A stretch of 64,000 bases of DNA, taken from contig JARFYF010000017.1 in NCBI GenBank assembly GCA_030265395.1, forward strand, positions 27,004,686 to 27,068,685. The letters are read 5' to 3'. The DNA is from Rhina ancylostomus. Taxonomy: Eukaryota. Of this stretch, positions 13,521 through 27,764 are shown piece after piece. Under the pieces are notes generated by a model. The model did no database searches. It saw only the letters and a program-made list of their open reading frames with translations, and was not told the origin of the DNA. The position numbers and the translations under genes are program-made. Positions within the stretch are counted from its first letter, which is position 1. Every line of letters begins with the position of its first letter.

Positions 13521-14477
13521 CCCACCCAATCTTTAGGCCTGCCGCTGGTCAAACTTGAACCCATACCAACATGAATTGGAGCACAAGGATTGCTGATGAG
13601 AACTCAGAGAAGAGCACATTGCACTCTTGCTTTATTCAGGAGACTTCAAGAAGATATTAAGCTGAAATTGGGACATCTCATTAGGCAGATCCAAATCTCA
13701 CAGGAGACCGGCCATTCACATTCCAAAGTGCTCAATTTGTGCTAGAACAAACAGCAGTGCTTTTAGGGGAGTACAACTAATGAGAAAATAATGTTATGCT
13801 CAGGTCATCCCACAGGGAGCACACAGTGTGGCAGGTGACTATGGGACGTTAGCTGACCCCAAAGGAGAAGACACAGAAATGTACAATAAAGAAGATACCC
13901 TGCCCTGCAGCCTTCCTCTCCCAATGGCATCCTGCATACCACTGGATGAGGACTGGTTCTCTTCACTGAGCACTAAAGTGGTGAAAGCTGTGTTACAATG
14001 AACCTGTTTCAGTATTCAACAGCTTTTGAGGTGCAACTTGTTTTTTAATCAATTTGCAATCTATTTGAAGGGACCTACTTTGGTGCTCATGCTAAATGTA
14101 GAAGTGTTTACTCTGTAACTATGACTCTAATGCTTCAGCGTATCAACAAAAATGCAATCCAATTTTTAGTAACACATGCTCATCTTTTGCCTTGAAGCCA
14201 GATTTCATCCTTCTTTTGCTGTGCCATACATTTGGTATTAATGGTTAATCAGATTCCCAGCATGAAATTAGGAAATTGACCAAAGGTACATTCAGGACAG
14301 TAGCATCATAGTTTACATCCAGAACCATGGGCTAAAATGGGACATGTCCAGATGATGATGGGGGTGCAGGAAAAGATCCCAATTGTTCTATTTCTGCTAC
14401 CCTGATCACTGGGGAGAGCATTAGACCTCATAGGAACTTCCCTATGGGAACTAAACACAACAAATGTAGAAAAGACC

Positions 14478-14580
14478 AACACACACAAAATGCTGGAGGA
14501 ACTCAGCAGGTCAGGCAGCATCAAAGGAGGGAAATGAACAGTCGACATCTCAGCCTGAGACCCCTCATCAGGGCTGGAAA
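14478..14580 (-). mobile_element. Penelope-like terminal repeat fragment with decayed hammerhead motif
   Basis: The + strand reads aaaatgctggaggaactcagcaggtcaggcagcatc. The minus strand has CTGATGA-ggggtctcaggct-GAGA-tGTC. Confidence 0.65.
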
Positions 14581-15359
14581 GAAACATGGAAAAGACTGGA
14601 GGTTAGGGAAAATGTGGAGGAAGGAGCATGTCAATCTGCTCTGTGTAAGGGCATACTCCATCTAATCAACTGAGTGAGAACATCTTCCATGCCATGAGTG
14701 GTCCCATATCACTGATCAATGATGCAGAAATCACAGCTTGTAGTTCCCATGTGCAAAATGTAAAAGAAGTTGCAATCAGTGACATGTTTTCAAACATCTC
14801 AAGCACTGTAAAATCATTGAGGCTGCCAGATGCTGTGTGTCAGACATTTATGTCAGATGGAGATCTTTTAGCTGAGTTCTCATTGGTGATCTCAGTGCCA
14901 TGCACTCCTAATATTTTTGTGACCGTTCAGTGAAGTCACAGGTCTAAATTATATTAACAAGAGAGGAAACATACAGCACATAAACAATGACTTAATTAGG
15001 TGAATATCTCACCCTGGGAAAAATCAGACACATTGAGGTAAATTGTATATGGGAAGACCTGGGCCATTTTCCTGATGGGCATGATTTCACCTGGAGTGGT
15101 TAAACCTAAATTAAATCATCTTTATGCACAGTTTGCACATAAAAGGATAACTAATGTATACAATTTCTTGTTTTTTGTTTTATTTACTTTATTAAACTTA
15201 CATGATAAAAACTTGCCAATATCACTCTTGAAAACTCCATTTCACCTCCTGATTTCCATTATCCTTTGTGCAAAAGATGCCATTCTGCATTTCAATCTCA
15301 AATGGTCTTATTCTAATATTAAGATTAAATTCTCTTGTGCTGAATTTTACCAGCAGGTG

Positions 15360-15890
15360 AACTAATTTCTCAGTAACAATTACTCAAAGGCAAGAATATA
15401 CATTCTGAGGTAAGGAGACCAAAACGGCAAATAACATCCCAGTTGGTCTCACCAAGGCCCTGTGTAATTGCTGTGTAATTACTCTTGTATTCAAAACTTC
15501 TTGCAATGGACAGCATACTGTTTGTTTTCCTAACCTCCTGCTGCACCTTTCTATATCAACATTTCCCAATCTGTCTTTCTGTTTTCCTACCAAAGTAGAT
15601 AACTTCACATTTATCCATGTTATAATGTATCTGTTGTGGTATTTGACAACTCACATAAGGTGGCTTTATCATCTTGAAGCTCCTTTGCATCCTTCTTATA
15701 ATTTGCAGTCCCGACCAATTTCACATCATTGGTAAACTTAGAAATATTATACTTCATTCATTTGTTGATGGATATTGTGAGTAGCCCTTGATGTCTGCAG
15801 TACCTCATTAGTCACAGCCTGGCATCCCAAAAAAGATCCATTTATTCCTTCCCTTTGTTTCTCTTCTGTCAACCCATTTTCAGTCCATGC
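15360..15890 (-). mobile_element. Old CR1 LINE fragment
   Basis: ITQQLHRALVRP peptide. Similar to the 11625-12400 region. Confidence 0.65.
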
Positions 15891-18054
15891 CAACACACAG
15901 TAAAACTCCAATAACGCAACACCCTAGGGAGTTTGGTGGTGCATGACTAGCAGATTATTCAGATTATTGGATGTAACTCCTACCAATACCCAAACAAACT
16001 TTTATTTCACTTTTTTTACATGTTACACAGTAACACAATACATTTTCCAGTGAACCAGTTGACTGTAAAGGGAGTGGGAAATATAGAAGTCCTCCAGAAC
16101 TTAGCTGCAGCCACAGACCTACCCACCTTCTTGACCCCCTGGCATTCTCATTCCCAACTCCAGCTCCAGACACACACCCAGACAACAGTATGGATTCTGT
16201 CCCTGGCTGTACCATGGACCCCTGGCTTTGGATCCCAGCTTATATTCTAGACCCCAGGCTCACATTTCAGACTAATGAGTAAACTAAATGCTGGGCCATC
16301 AGGATTTCCACACAATTGGGTGTTGAAATCTGGCGTTTTTTGTATTATCATAAATCCTTTGTGCTTTATGTTATACTTTATCAAGGATCTCCTGAAAATA
16401 CCACAGTTATTGGATCTCTGTTATCTATTCTCCCAGTTACATCCTCAAAAAACTNNNNNNNNNNNNNNNNNNNNNNNNNNNNNNNNNNNNNNNNNNNNNN
16501 NNNNNNNNNNNNNNNNNNNNNNNNNNNNNNNNNNNNNNNNNNNNNNNNNNNNNNNNNNNNNNNNNNNNNNNNNNNNNNNNNNNNNNNNNNNNNNNNNNNN
16601 NNNNNNNNNNNNNNNNNNNNNNNNNNNNNNNNNNNNNNNNNNNNNNNNNNNNNNNNNNNNNNNNNNNNNNNNNNNNNNNNNNNNNNNNNNNNNNNNNNNN
16701 NNNNNNNNNNNNNNNNNNNNNNNNNNNNNNNNNNNNNNNNNNNNNNNNNNNNNNNNNNNNNNNNNNNNNNNNNNNNNNNNNNNNNNNNNNNNNNNNNNNN
16801 NNNNNNNNNNNNNNNNNNNNNNNNNNNNNNNNNNNNNNNNNNNNNNNNNNNNNNNNNNNNNNNNNNNNNNNNNNNNNNNNNNNNNNNNNNNNNNNNNNNN
16901 NNNNNNNNNNNNNNNNNNNNNNNNNNNNNNNNNNNNNNNNNNNNNNNNNNNNNNNNNNNNNNNNNNNNNNNNNNNNNNNNATCTCAGCATTTATACTATT
17001 TTCTCTTTGTTTTATCTAAATCTCTTTGTTGTTCTACAGATTCTAGTCTCTTGCCAGTTAGAAAATGACCTATTTGTCTTTGTCAGAGCTAAAGCAAATG
17101 AGTATGCTCTTCCCTACATTAAGCTCCAAAGTTTTGTCTACTCTCTTTTCTGTTTGCATCCCTTTATAACTTTCTGCTCCTACTACATCTGGAAACTTGC
17201 ACGTCCAACTCACCATTGCTTTCTTATTTGTTCAATACATGTAGTGAACAGTTGAGATGCAGTAACATTGATGCAAAACCCACATTCACATAGCACAAAT
17301 TCGAGAGCCTTTCAATTATATTTGTAATCTTTCTCCTCCTACCCACTTATCAGTTATCAATCTATGCTGCAGGATTATCAAAGCCTTGCACTTTCATACT
17401 TTCAGGTAGCCTGCTTAAAGATATTTATGAGTACTCTTCTGTCATCAATGTGATGATCACTGAAAAGTTCTAGTCACAAATGACTTAGCGTTCAGATCTT
17501 GGATCTGCTCTCTAGGATTTGTCCAAATGGTCAATGCCAAGTGGGAATTTGAGGAAAGATTCCAGTTACTTCTCCACATGATATTAAACTGACAGGTTGG
17601 TGGTTTCCTGGTGTCTTGCCAGCTTTCCATGCACATAATTTTCCAATCCAAATGCACTATTCTTTAGTTTAAGGAGTTGTGGAAGATTATAACTGGTGCA
17701 TTTCAATTTTCTCATTCATTTCCTATAATATCCTAGTGTACTGGGTCATGGAGATCTACCTCTTAAGCTCCATTGTGTAACTCATTTGCCATGTTTTAAA
17801 ACTTACATTCAACCCACCAAGTTTATTCCCTTGATACTTTTAGGTTCTCAGGCACTACAGTGATATTGTATATTTTTCTGCTGGAAAAATGGCTATGAAG
17901 TATTCACTTAACAAATCTGTTATTTCCTCATTTCCATTATAACCTTCATCTAACTTTAATAGGCCCTCATTCCCATTTACTACTTAAATATAATTATAAT
18001 GTCTTCTGGTTTGAAAGCTTTTCATTATATTTTCTCCCAGATTGCAATTCAAAT

Positions 18055-18277
18055 ACAGTACGGGCGACCCTACGTAACAGCATTACGGAAATTCGCCTTT
18101 GCAGAATTTACAAATCACTACCAAAAAATCTGGGAAATGGAAAAAAAATCACTGATAAAATTTATCGGAGAAAAGTAAGTAAAGAAACACAAAATTTATT
18201 TCTTTCAACTCGCATTTCCTGACGTGTGTGCATTACAGGAAATTGCAATACCCTATAATGCAGAGGTCGTCTATATA
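18055..18277. mobile_element. Tc1/pogo(Tigger)-like non-autonomous element
   Basis: TA-flanked, with weak inverted ends (gggcgacc/ggtcgtct). A related copy at 34208-34400 shares ggaaattcg.cttt.cagaatt.acaaatcac..ccaaaaaatctg. Confidence 0.5.
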
Positions 18278-18371
18278 GATCTTCAGGTCCATAGCTATGT
18301 GATGAATGTCAACAGACAAAATGAAACAGCTGTGCTATTCAGGTTCATATCTGTCATTTATTTTCGAATGA

Positions 18372-18692
18372 CATAGAAAGTGGTCATTTGACCCAGCAGG
18401 TTTATGCCAGCTCTCAGAGCAATCCCATCACTTCCCTTCCCCCACTTATTAATTTGCAACCTTTTTTGTCTCGTGTACCCATCACTTCTACCCTGATTCT
18501 ACTATCCCCTGCCTACACTGGGGAAAATTTACATTGACCAATAAACCTTAAAGACTTTTGAGAAAATCACAGCACCTGGAAGAAACTGCACAATCACAGG
18601 GAGAAGGTGCAAACTCCACACAGAGAGCACCCGAAGTCAGGATCCAACCCATGTACCTGGAGCTTGGAGGCAGCAGCACGACCTGCATTGCC
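18372..18692 (-). mobile_element. HE1/V-SINE-like tRNA-derived SINE
   Basis: gggagaaggtgcaaactccacacagagagcacccgaagtcaggatccaaccc V-domain and tRNA head, plus a CR1-like tail. Confidence 0.75.
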
Positions 18693-21600
18693 CATGGGTT
18701 CCTTTGTGACCAAGACATAACGTAACTATCAGGATCCCAGAGAGTGAAACAACAATATATGTGAGCAGGGTTTCCATTCCATCAATGAAGCAAAGATCAA
18801 CCATCATAAGTACTGCAGGGGGTCTCTAAAGCATGTAGTAAACAAAGTGGGCTGCACTATCCCCAGTAATGCAGAGAGAATTTGGGTTGAGGAAGGTACA
18901 GAAACATAAAGATATATCTTCAGAAAAGGAAGAATTTAATGATTAATCCACAAATGTGGGCAAGAGCAGGCACTGACGCTTGTAATTCAAGAGTGAAGCT
19001 GATAGTGTGATGGCTTTAGTGACTTCCTCTGTCCCTTTACCCAAAATGTCAGCATATACCCTTCTCATTATTAGTCGCTGTTACAATTTCACTACCTCCT
19101 TGATTATTTAAGAGATCTGAAATCATTCAGCTGACCTTCATGTCTATCAGGTTTTAACCACATACAGAGGAAATATCTGCAATTAAAAGAAATTGTGGAT
19201 CAAAATTCTGAATGTAATAAACATGTTGATAGTCGTATTAAACTCAACATTATAGTGAATTAATTTGTCACACAAGTGACCATGATATTTAAAGGACCTG
19301 GAAGGTTGCTCTTGCTCATGCTCCGATCACTGAGACACTCTTGGATCAAGTGTCCATGGCTGCACAGAGCAGAGCTGCAACCTTAGCATTTTGGTCTGAT
19401 CTGGCTATTTTTATTCATACCATGAACACTGCTGGCCAGGGTGCTGTTGAGCAAACAGACCTGCAGACATTCTGAGAGAGCTCAGCACATGCCCCTCCTT
19501 TGGGAATGCTGCCATTTGTGTGGGATTGGACTTAACATCTACTCATCTGTGGGAGAGCAGATTGCAGATGACAAGCACCCCATTAATGACCTCATCCATT
19601 CCTCCATCAGAGTGTCTGAGGTAGCCCTCAGTCTCTCATAGACTGAACGTAAATTTGAGCCCAGTGCTGTACTGCACTGTATCTTCTTCCAGCAATTTTC
19701 CAAAGGCTGTTGCTGAAGTTGACCCCTCATATGTCAGAAGTCATGGTGACAAAATTGCNNNNNNNNNNTGCTTAATAAACCTTCCAATGATTCATATAAT
19801 TGCTTGTGTGAAACAAGTATTTTTCTTCCCATTTCGTGAAGCCATAATGTGCAGATCTCTCTCCAGCTCAACAGAGCAGGCAGAAGGCCTTGTTTGTGTG
19901 AGTCTCCTGGGCTACTGCTGCTGCTTTTCATTAGCACTGAATGCTTCACCATGAGCAGACCACTCCACCTCACTCTTTGTTCCATCTAGACTGTCAATCT
20001 CTGTGTTGGTGCTTTGCAAGTGAATGGTTGCCTGATGGTGCCTACTCAGAAGGATCCTCTTTGCTATAGTTGTCATCTTTGGTGGGATGGGTGCGGGGGT
20101 TTCTGTTGCTTGAGAAGGACCTGGAGAAAAGAGAAAACATGTATTAGGATAGCATTGAGGTGTTGGACAGCAGTAGATGACAGACATCCTGATGCAGCTT
20201 GAAGCTGCCTGCTTGTGCATTATACAACTGTCACAAGGGATGCAAGTAATAACCAGAGATCTTGCTCACTGAAGCTCCCAGCCTTGTTGTATCCAATCCT
20301 GGCAACTCTTGTGTGGCTGTTGATCTTAGTTCTTGCTACTCCAGGTCTGACAGCCCTCTTTCCTTTCCTGGTTTCAGTCTTCTCCTTGCCTCTATGCTCT
20401 TGCCTACAGTGAGAGAGTGAATAAGTGAGTGTCCTATTCAAGGCAGTGTGCAGATCTCTGGGCTCAGTGTGATATGTAGATGCTGAGAATCCTGAGAAGT
20501 GAAAGGTAATAAGAATAAGGAAGTGGTGATTTAACAAAGGTTGATGATTGTACGTTTGTAAATGGAACAAGGAAGCAATGCGTGTGTTAGTGATGAGAAT
20601 GAATAATAGGAGAGCACACCCTTTTACCAGGTAGTGTTGGATGAAATGGGTAAGAATGGTTGGGAGGGGCTATGTCTTTTTGAGAAAGCTGGAAGAATGA
20701 AGAGCTGTACTTACATGTTTTATTCTTCTGAGATCACTAAATTCCACTGGAGATGGCAACCTTCTCAGCTGTCACCATTCCTTCTTCATATATTTTTTGG
20801 CTTCGTGGCACTAGGATGGAAGAGAAATTTTCTCCTTGCCTTGACCTATTCCAGTAGGACTTCTTAGAAGGCCCCAGTTAACAAGAGACCTTGCTCAAGA
20901 CTCATGCCTTCTGTCTCTTGCTGTATCACTCTTACAGCAAGGTCTTGCTGAAGGGTATGAAGTGATTTTTTTAAGAGGTGATTTAAGTAAGCCTCCATTT
21001 CACTTGATGAGTTTTGGACTATGGAAATGGACTGGTCTCCTAGTCAGTTTATTAGAAAATCTGAACAATTATAGGGCTCAAAACAAGCAGGGCCTGCTTT
21101 TAGCTGCTGTGCCAGACTTTTGCACATGTCAGAAATAGTTAAAGTTGGGGCTGAAAATTACTGGAAATACACAAAGTCCATCAACATTGGAAAAAGAAAA
21201 AGATAGCTGATGTTCCTTGTAGAACTTGTATCAGAACTGAAATTAGACTGGACTGGACCCCAATCACAGAAATAACATTTATAAATTAAACATTGTCAAA
21301 TAAGTCACCTTTAAATAAAGGTAAAACATGAGCAATTGTCAACACATCAAATATTGTCTATATTGAGTTAATGGGCAAAATAAATGAGAAGATGGCGAGA
21401 CCACTATGATTTGAAGTTGGTAAATTTAATCTTGCAGGCCTATGCACTCAGGAGATTAGAATCAGACCACGTTCTAATATTCAGTGGTGATTAGAAAGTC
21501 TCTTTTTCGCATAAGGAGCAGGGAAAACATCATAAATTTACTGAGACTTAGTTACTGAGATTTTGGAATTATAGGCCAAGGTGAGTACATGGAGTTAATA

Positions 21601-21874
21601 TTCAGACCACCCTGTATTTAACTGGCTGTGAGATCAGGTTCAAATGGCTGTATGGCCTACTCCTGCTTCTATGTTTCTATGATGCCGATGTAATATTGTG
21701 AATTATACCCAGTTAGTAATTGCAAGGACAAACCAGCAGAGACTGTAGAACACACTCAGCTTTTGTTCCAAAGATTTGAATGGAAATAAAATTGGCCAGG
21801 TTCTCTCAAGGATCCCAATGAAAGAATTTGAATGTTTACAAGACGTATAGCTGAGGAATCAATGCCATGGCCAT

Positions 21875-22265
21875 ATCAGTGATAGCCCTATTTGTGAAAG
21901 GTGTATTGCTGAATTCCAGCTGGTGATAACCCAATTGGTGATAGCCATATTGATTAAAGTGTCTTTTTAATGGTCTTGTTACTGAGAGTCCTATTAATTG
22001 CCTTAGTGATAACTCAGTTGATGGTAACCCATAAGTATTAGCTATATAAATGATAACTCTGTTGCTGGTAGCCTGATTGGTCTTAGCCCTGTTGGTGATA
22101 CCCTAACAGTGATAGCGGTATTAGTGATAATCTGATTGAATATAGCATCATGAGCGATAACCAAATTGGTGTTTCCCTATTGATGATATCTGAATCGATG
22201 AACACTACATCGGTGAGAGTGGTTTTTGTGATAGCCTTAATCGTGGTAGCTCTATTAGTGATGCT
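21875..22265. repeat. Degenerate 15-bp minisatellite (consensus ~GGTGATAGCCCTATT)
   Basis: Units such as ggtgataacccaatt, ggtgatagccatatt and gtgatagcggtatta repeat with a ~15-bp period. Confidence 0.8.
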
Positions 22266-24454
22266 TGCTCCCTGTGGGCATGGCTTCCATGCTGGGACTG
22301 CAGAGACACAAAGTTACCTCTGTAGCTATTGAATGTTTGCACTGACCCTGCTTCGAACAGTGGGGTACCAATGGATGAAAAGTAAAAATAAAAAAAATCA
22401 TCTATGATTTTCAACATCTCCAATTTCCTTTATCTTTTCATTCTCAGGAAGGTTTGAAATGTGTATCAGGTCAACTAACAAATGAAATTATGACAAGTTC
22501 TTTTGCATGTGGGACTTATTTCTTCTTCCCTTTACCTCATTCCCACTTGTGCCTGAAAACTCAACTTCCTCTGCTCACACAGGCCAGTATTATATGTTGT
22601 TCTTTTTTCTCTGCAAATACTGTTGCCCTCCCTTTCAAAACCAAATCTTTCTTACAACATACAGTTAAATTGCTCAAAATAGGTACTGTCAAGGTGATTT
22701 GCTAACCCTCTCATTCTCCCGAACTTCAGATCACATTTTAATGCTGTGGTCCACAAATCAGCTTCAGACACCTCTCCTCTACTGTCCAGCTCATTTAACC
22801 ACTCTGACTAAACTGTCACATTCAGAGAGAGCACCTCTTGCAGTAACTTTGCTTGAAGCCATTTTCTTAGCCCTGAGCTGCTTATTCCAGTATTATTCTT
22901 CAAAAATGCCATTGGTAGTATTCACCTCCCATTTCAAAAATTCCAATTCTGTCTTGAACGCTCTTCCATCTTCCATAAGCTTCAACTCTTAAAAACAAAA
23001 CTCTGCTCACAATTCAGATCAAATCCTCACACATAAGTGGCAATATGATCACCTATTGCCACTTCATTCACTGTCAAATATCAGCTTCTGGTTCAACAAG
23101 ATTCAAATTTATTTGTTCTGGTCTCTACAAGAAAATCCAGCCTGCAGCCCCCTGAATCCTCTGATATTAGCCTCTCATGCATCCTGAAATTAACATTTTC
23201 CCCCACCTTCACCCCCACCCCCCCCACCACTCCCCTGACCAACCTGAGGTCCAATCTTATCCATAACTATCTTTAAGACTGCTTAACATTTCACTAACTG
23301 TACTTGTCTGTTTTATCCAATTGACAAAACATTCAAATGATATCTATATGTCCAGGGCTGATCTGCTTGAATTTTCTGAAATGTTGAATAGTTTGGGATT
23401 TTCAAAGCCTTGCTTATTCCCACACACCTCTGAAAGGTCTGCAGAGGGTCAAATAATTCATCAAGTTGCTGATATTTCTTTGTTAAGCTGAAAAATGAAG
23501 TTAAATTATACCCAATAATAGGTATTACAATACAAATCTCTTTACTCACCCAGACCAGATACAGTCATCTTCTGAGACCTAGTGATAGACCACAGAGCTA
23601 AAGCTTTTTACTGCCAGCTGATTGGATAACTGAGTTTGTAAATGTATCTCCGCACCTTGGCTAATTTCCATCCGCCTAAATAAATAATCCCACTGAAGGT
23701 CAGCCTTTTGATGTATGTATTATTAATAAAAGGAGAGGCATCATACAATGTTACACCAATGTGACTGTGATTATTTTGTAGATTATTCTACACTGTAGAA
23801 GTGTTGCCGGTTAATGATAACAAGTTACTGACTTTCTTTTCACTGGAAATGTACTGCAGCTAATAGAAGTCAGCCTGACCATTTCATTCTCTATCCGTAT
23901 TGAGGCCATAGATATATAGTTTGGTGGAAATTTATGGCATACCTTTTACAAACATTTGTCATAAATTCATTGTTTGTTGTGAGTAATTTTATATTGGCCT
24001 GAATTTCCCAGTGATTGGGATGAATATTTTTCTGAAAAAATTGTAAAATCTTGATGTTAATGGAAAACTAGTAAACTGGGTGTCCTTACTGTCATCATCA
24101 ATAAGTTTTAGTACAACATCTTTGTTTTAGTAACATCATTAAATTTAGAGTGGTGGCCTATATACAAGGTAAACAACTGGGGAGATTTTCATTTGGTGAT
24201 TGTCAAGCTGACATTTAACATCTGATCATGGACTATGCTGCAGTAAGCTATGTAAGCTTGAGGTTCTGAATGTTACTCTTTGATCCTTTCACATTGTAGG
24301 CCATGGTTTCTTGTGTTTAATATATGTTTTATAGGAGTTAGAAACAAGCATTTCTCCCTCACAGGTCATCAGTGAGTTAGCATTAAAACAGTGTGGGGTT
24401 AAATCCCAATTAACCCTTTGTAGAATGATGCCAACAGTATCATTAGAAGAGTCA

Positions 24455-24995
24455 CAGAATCATTCAGCAAAGAAATGCTCCTTCAGCCACCATGTCCACA
24501 CAGACCCTCTTGCCGCTCTACACTAATCCCATTTGCTCTCATTAGGACTCTGTCCTATTCTTTGCCTATTTAAGTTGCTGCCAAAATGCCACAAACATAG
24601 TAATTGTATCCGATTCCACCACCTCCTCTGGCAGCATGTTCCAAATGTCAATCACTCTCTGTGTAAAATACTTGCCCCTCAGATCCCCTTTAAAATTCCT
24701 TCCTCTCATCTTAAACCTATATCCTCTTGTTTTTGACACCCCTACCATGGGAAAAAAGAGTTTGACTATTTATCCTCTCTCTGCCTCCCATTATCTTATA
24801 TAATTCCACTAGCCTCCTTCACTCCAGGGAAAACAAGCCCAGCCTATCCAATTTCTCTCCACAACTAAAGTCCTCCAATTCAGGCACCACACTGGTGAAT
24901 CTCTTCTGCACTTTCTTCAGTCCAATTATATCCCCCCTGTAGTGTGGTGACCAGAACTGCACACGATACTCCAAGTGCAGCCTAACCAGTGTTTT
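24455..24995 (-). mobile_element. CR1 LINE 3' fragment
   Basis: KTRGYRFKMRGRNFKGDLRGKYFTQRVIDIWNMLPEEVVE. Confidence 0.9.
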
Positions 24996-27764
24996 GCAGA
25001 GATATTCATCTTACAGCTTTCTGCTTTGCATATGCAAAGTGGGTGCTAAAGTTTTGAAATTTTCATATTTAAGAAGACCTCGTTTTCATCTGACCAACTT
25101 TTAGTTATGCAGGGTGCCCAACAGGAATTGACATCAGGCTTATTAAATGTGTAAGCTGAAGTTCCGTTGCTGATTGCAGCAGCTCAAACATGAGATTCAA
25201 GTACCAGTGGGAGCAGCCTGTGGTGTGTATGCTTGTACCACTCTTAAGCAGCCTATTCATCAGATGTTCAAGAGATTCCAAGATGTTCAAAAAGACAGAC
25301 ACTGAGAACTTCCAATTTACAACACTGCCCCTGTGTTCAAAATGAAACTTGGTCTGTTGCCAACAATTCCAAGACCCCTATTCTATATTGGTTCCTCCAC
25401 ACCTGATCCTGAACAGACCATCCAGCTGGCTTTACATGGGAACAGCCTTGACATCTCAACCTGACAGATAAGGAAGCCAATGAAGTATGCAGCTCACCAG
25501 CAACACTTAAATGACTCAAATCTCAGGCCATCGTAGACTAGTACATACATGTTTAAGGCCGATGATGAATTTCTGAACCCACTGATTTTCTTCAGTTAAT
25601 AAACAAAGCCATGTCGCTTGTTTGTAGAGTGCAACTGAAGAGATTGTGTGGAATTTCAGTTGTTCATCTAGTGCATGACCCATATCTTGGTGAACTCTGC
25701 CAGGGTGGCCAAGTCATCACATTTTGTCCTTATTCAGTGCAGAAACAGAGCAAATCAGTTCAAGCTGCAATCTCAGATGAGATGAGGGCCTTCGTTCCAT
25801 GATCATCCACATTCCGTGATACGATGGAGAATAACAAGGCATTTTCAATGATTCATGTGTAAAATATGTTAAAATATAAACACTGTCAGCATTCAGTTAG
25901 TTGTCAGAATTGTGCTGAAGCAAACTATTAGGCTGAAGTGCAGTGTGCTTTTATGACTCTGTTAGAAAATTATTGTATTACCCTCAGACAGTATATAAAT
26001 GTCTGCTTTAAAAAAGTAGAATAAATCATCTTTCATTGTGTAATATTATTTTGACACATTGCTGCTGGTGATGAGACTGATTCCACAATAGAAAACAGGG
26101 CTGAGAGTGAAGATGTTTTAGTAGATAGAGGTATTTCCCAGAATGTGTGCACATTAGGTATTAATTTATAGGATATCCTATGACACTGCAGAGGAACAAA
26201 CCTCCAACTAGTTTTCTTTGAAATGACCTCACAGACATTTTGTAAGCTGTTTTGAATCCCCAGTGTGATCAACTACTTTAACTTTAAACAATGAGAATTA
26301 ACTATAGAAACAATTGCTTAAACACTGGGAGGAGAAATTCAAAGTTGGTCCCTAACGGTAAATGTAACTAACCTCCTGGCATTTGATTCCATTAATTCTA
26401 TTTGTAATTTACTCCTATTAATACTGCCAATGAAGGAAAATAAAGCTAAGAGCTACAGAGACATAATGTCCGCTAGATATCACTGTCTATTGACTTTAGT
26501 TTATAGTTATTTTTAATTTTATGACTCACATTTTAAAATTTACAAAACTTTTGTAAATATAGTTACCCAATAATTAATAATATTTAAGAGGGAAAATAAA
26601 AATTTCACAATAAGATTAACTTAGTGGGAGAAGATCTAACTCCATGCAGGTGATTTGACAATAATTCCAGCAATAACCAGATGGCACTTTTACATTGTGC
26701 CCCTAATTCTTACATTGTTTTTGCAGCAATCCTACAAGGGACATGGGAGAGTTGAATTCCTCTCCATCTGCTCACACCACTGAGAAGTTGGAGAAAGCAG
26801 AGCTTTGCATAAACATACAAAACACATAAATGGAACTACATGAAATGGTTTCTGATAAAGACATAATCCTCAGTCTGATATTTTGAAAAACCTACCATAG
26901 GGTTTCTTCAGTTATTATAATACAACTTGCACCGCAGCTACTCTTTGCCTTAAAAAGTTAGTTTTGATGTTCACCATCATTTTATGTTATTAGTAGTCCA
27001 AGACTATCTCCAGATTGCATCAAAGCAGACAAGCTGATTTTTACTCTATATCTGTTGGTGAATTAGTGCTTAATTGGGGACCACATTAAGGTCACATGCA
27101 ATTGTTGAAACCTTAATTCTGTTCCTGAAAAATGTATTTCACTTTATTAAGTAAAGGATCTATTTATGTACATTTGATGTTACTAATTAAGGGAGAAACT
27201 TTGCTCCTGTTTGTCCTTGAATAAAGCTATGGGATCTCATACGTCCCTTNNNNNNNNNNNNNNNNNNNNNNNNNNNNNNNNNNNNNNNNNNNNNNNNNNN
27301 NNNNNNNNNNNNNNNNNNNNNNNNNNNNNNNNNNNNNNNNNNNNNNNNNNNNNNNNNNNNNNNNNNNNNNNNNNNNNNNNNNNNNNNNNNNNNNNNNNNN
27401 NNNNNNNNNNNNNNNNNNNNNNNNNNNNNNNNNNNNNNNNNNNNNNNNNNNNNNNNNNNNNNNNNNNNNNNNNNNNNNNNNNNNNNNNNNNNNNNNNNNN
27501 NNNNNNNNNNNNNNNNNNNNNNNNNNNNNNNNNNNNNNNNNNNNNNNNNNNNNNNNNNNNNNNNNNNNNNNNNNNNNNNNNNNNNNNNNNNNGGTAGTAC
27601 AAGCTACTCACATAATGCAGGGAACAATTTTGTCACGGGGTAGTACATTCCAGCTAGCTACTGCTGATTAAACTAACTCTTAAAAGTGAGGTGCTCTTAG
27701 CCTGCAACTGTTGATAGGAGCCACCTTCTAGGCTTGAAAAGAAAGGCAGAAGTCACAAGAGAGA

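Noticed and set aside
16275-17255. Long ORFs of 181-326 aa
   Set aside because: Mostly N-gap translated as X, so they are artefacts. The same applies to the ORFs at 27211-27611, 30787-31332 and 7170-7502.
21875-22265. CRISPR-like array
   Set aside because: The units are contiguous and degenerate with no unique spacers, there are no cas genes, and the context is vertebrate.
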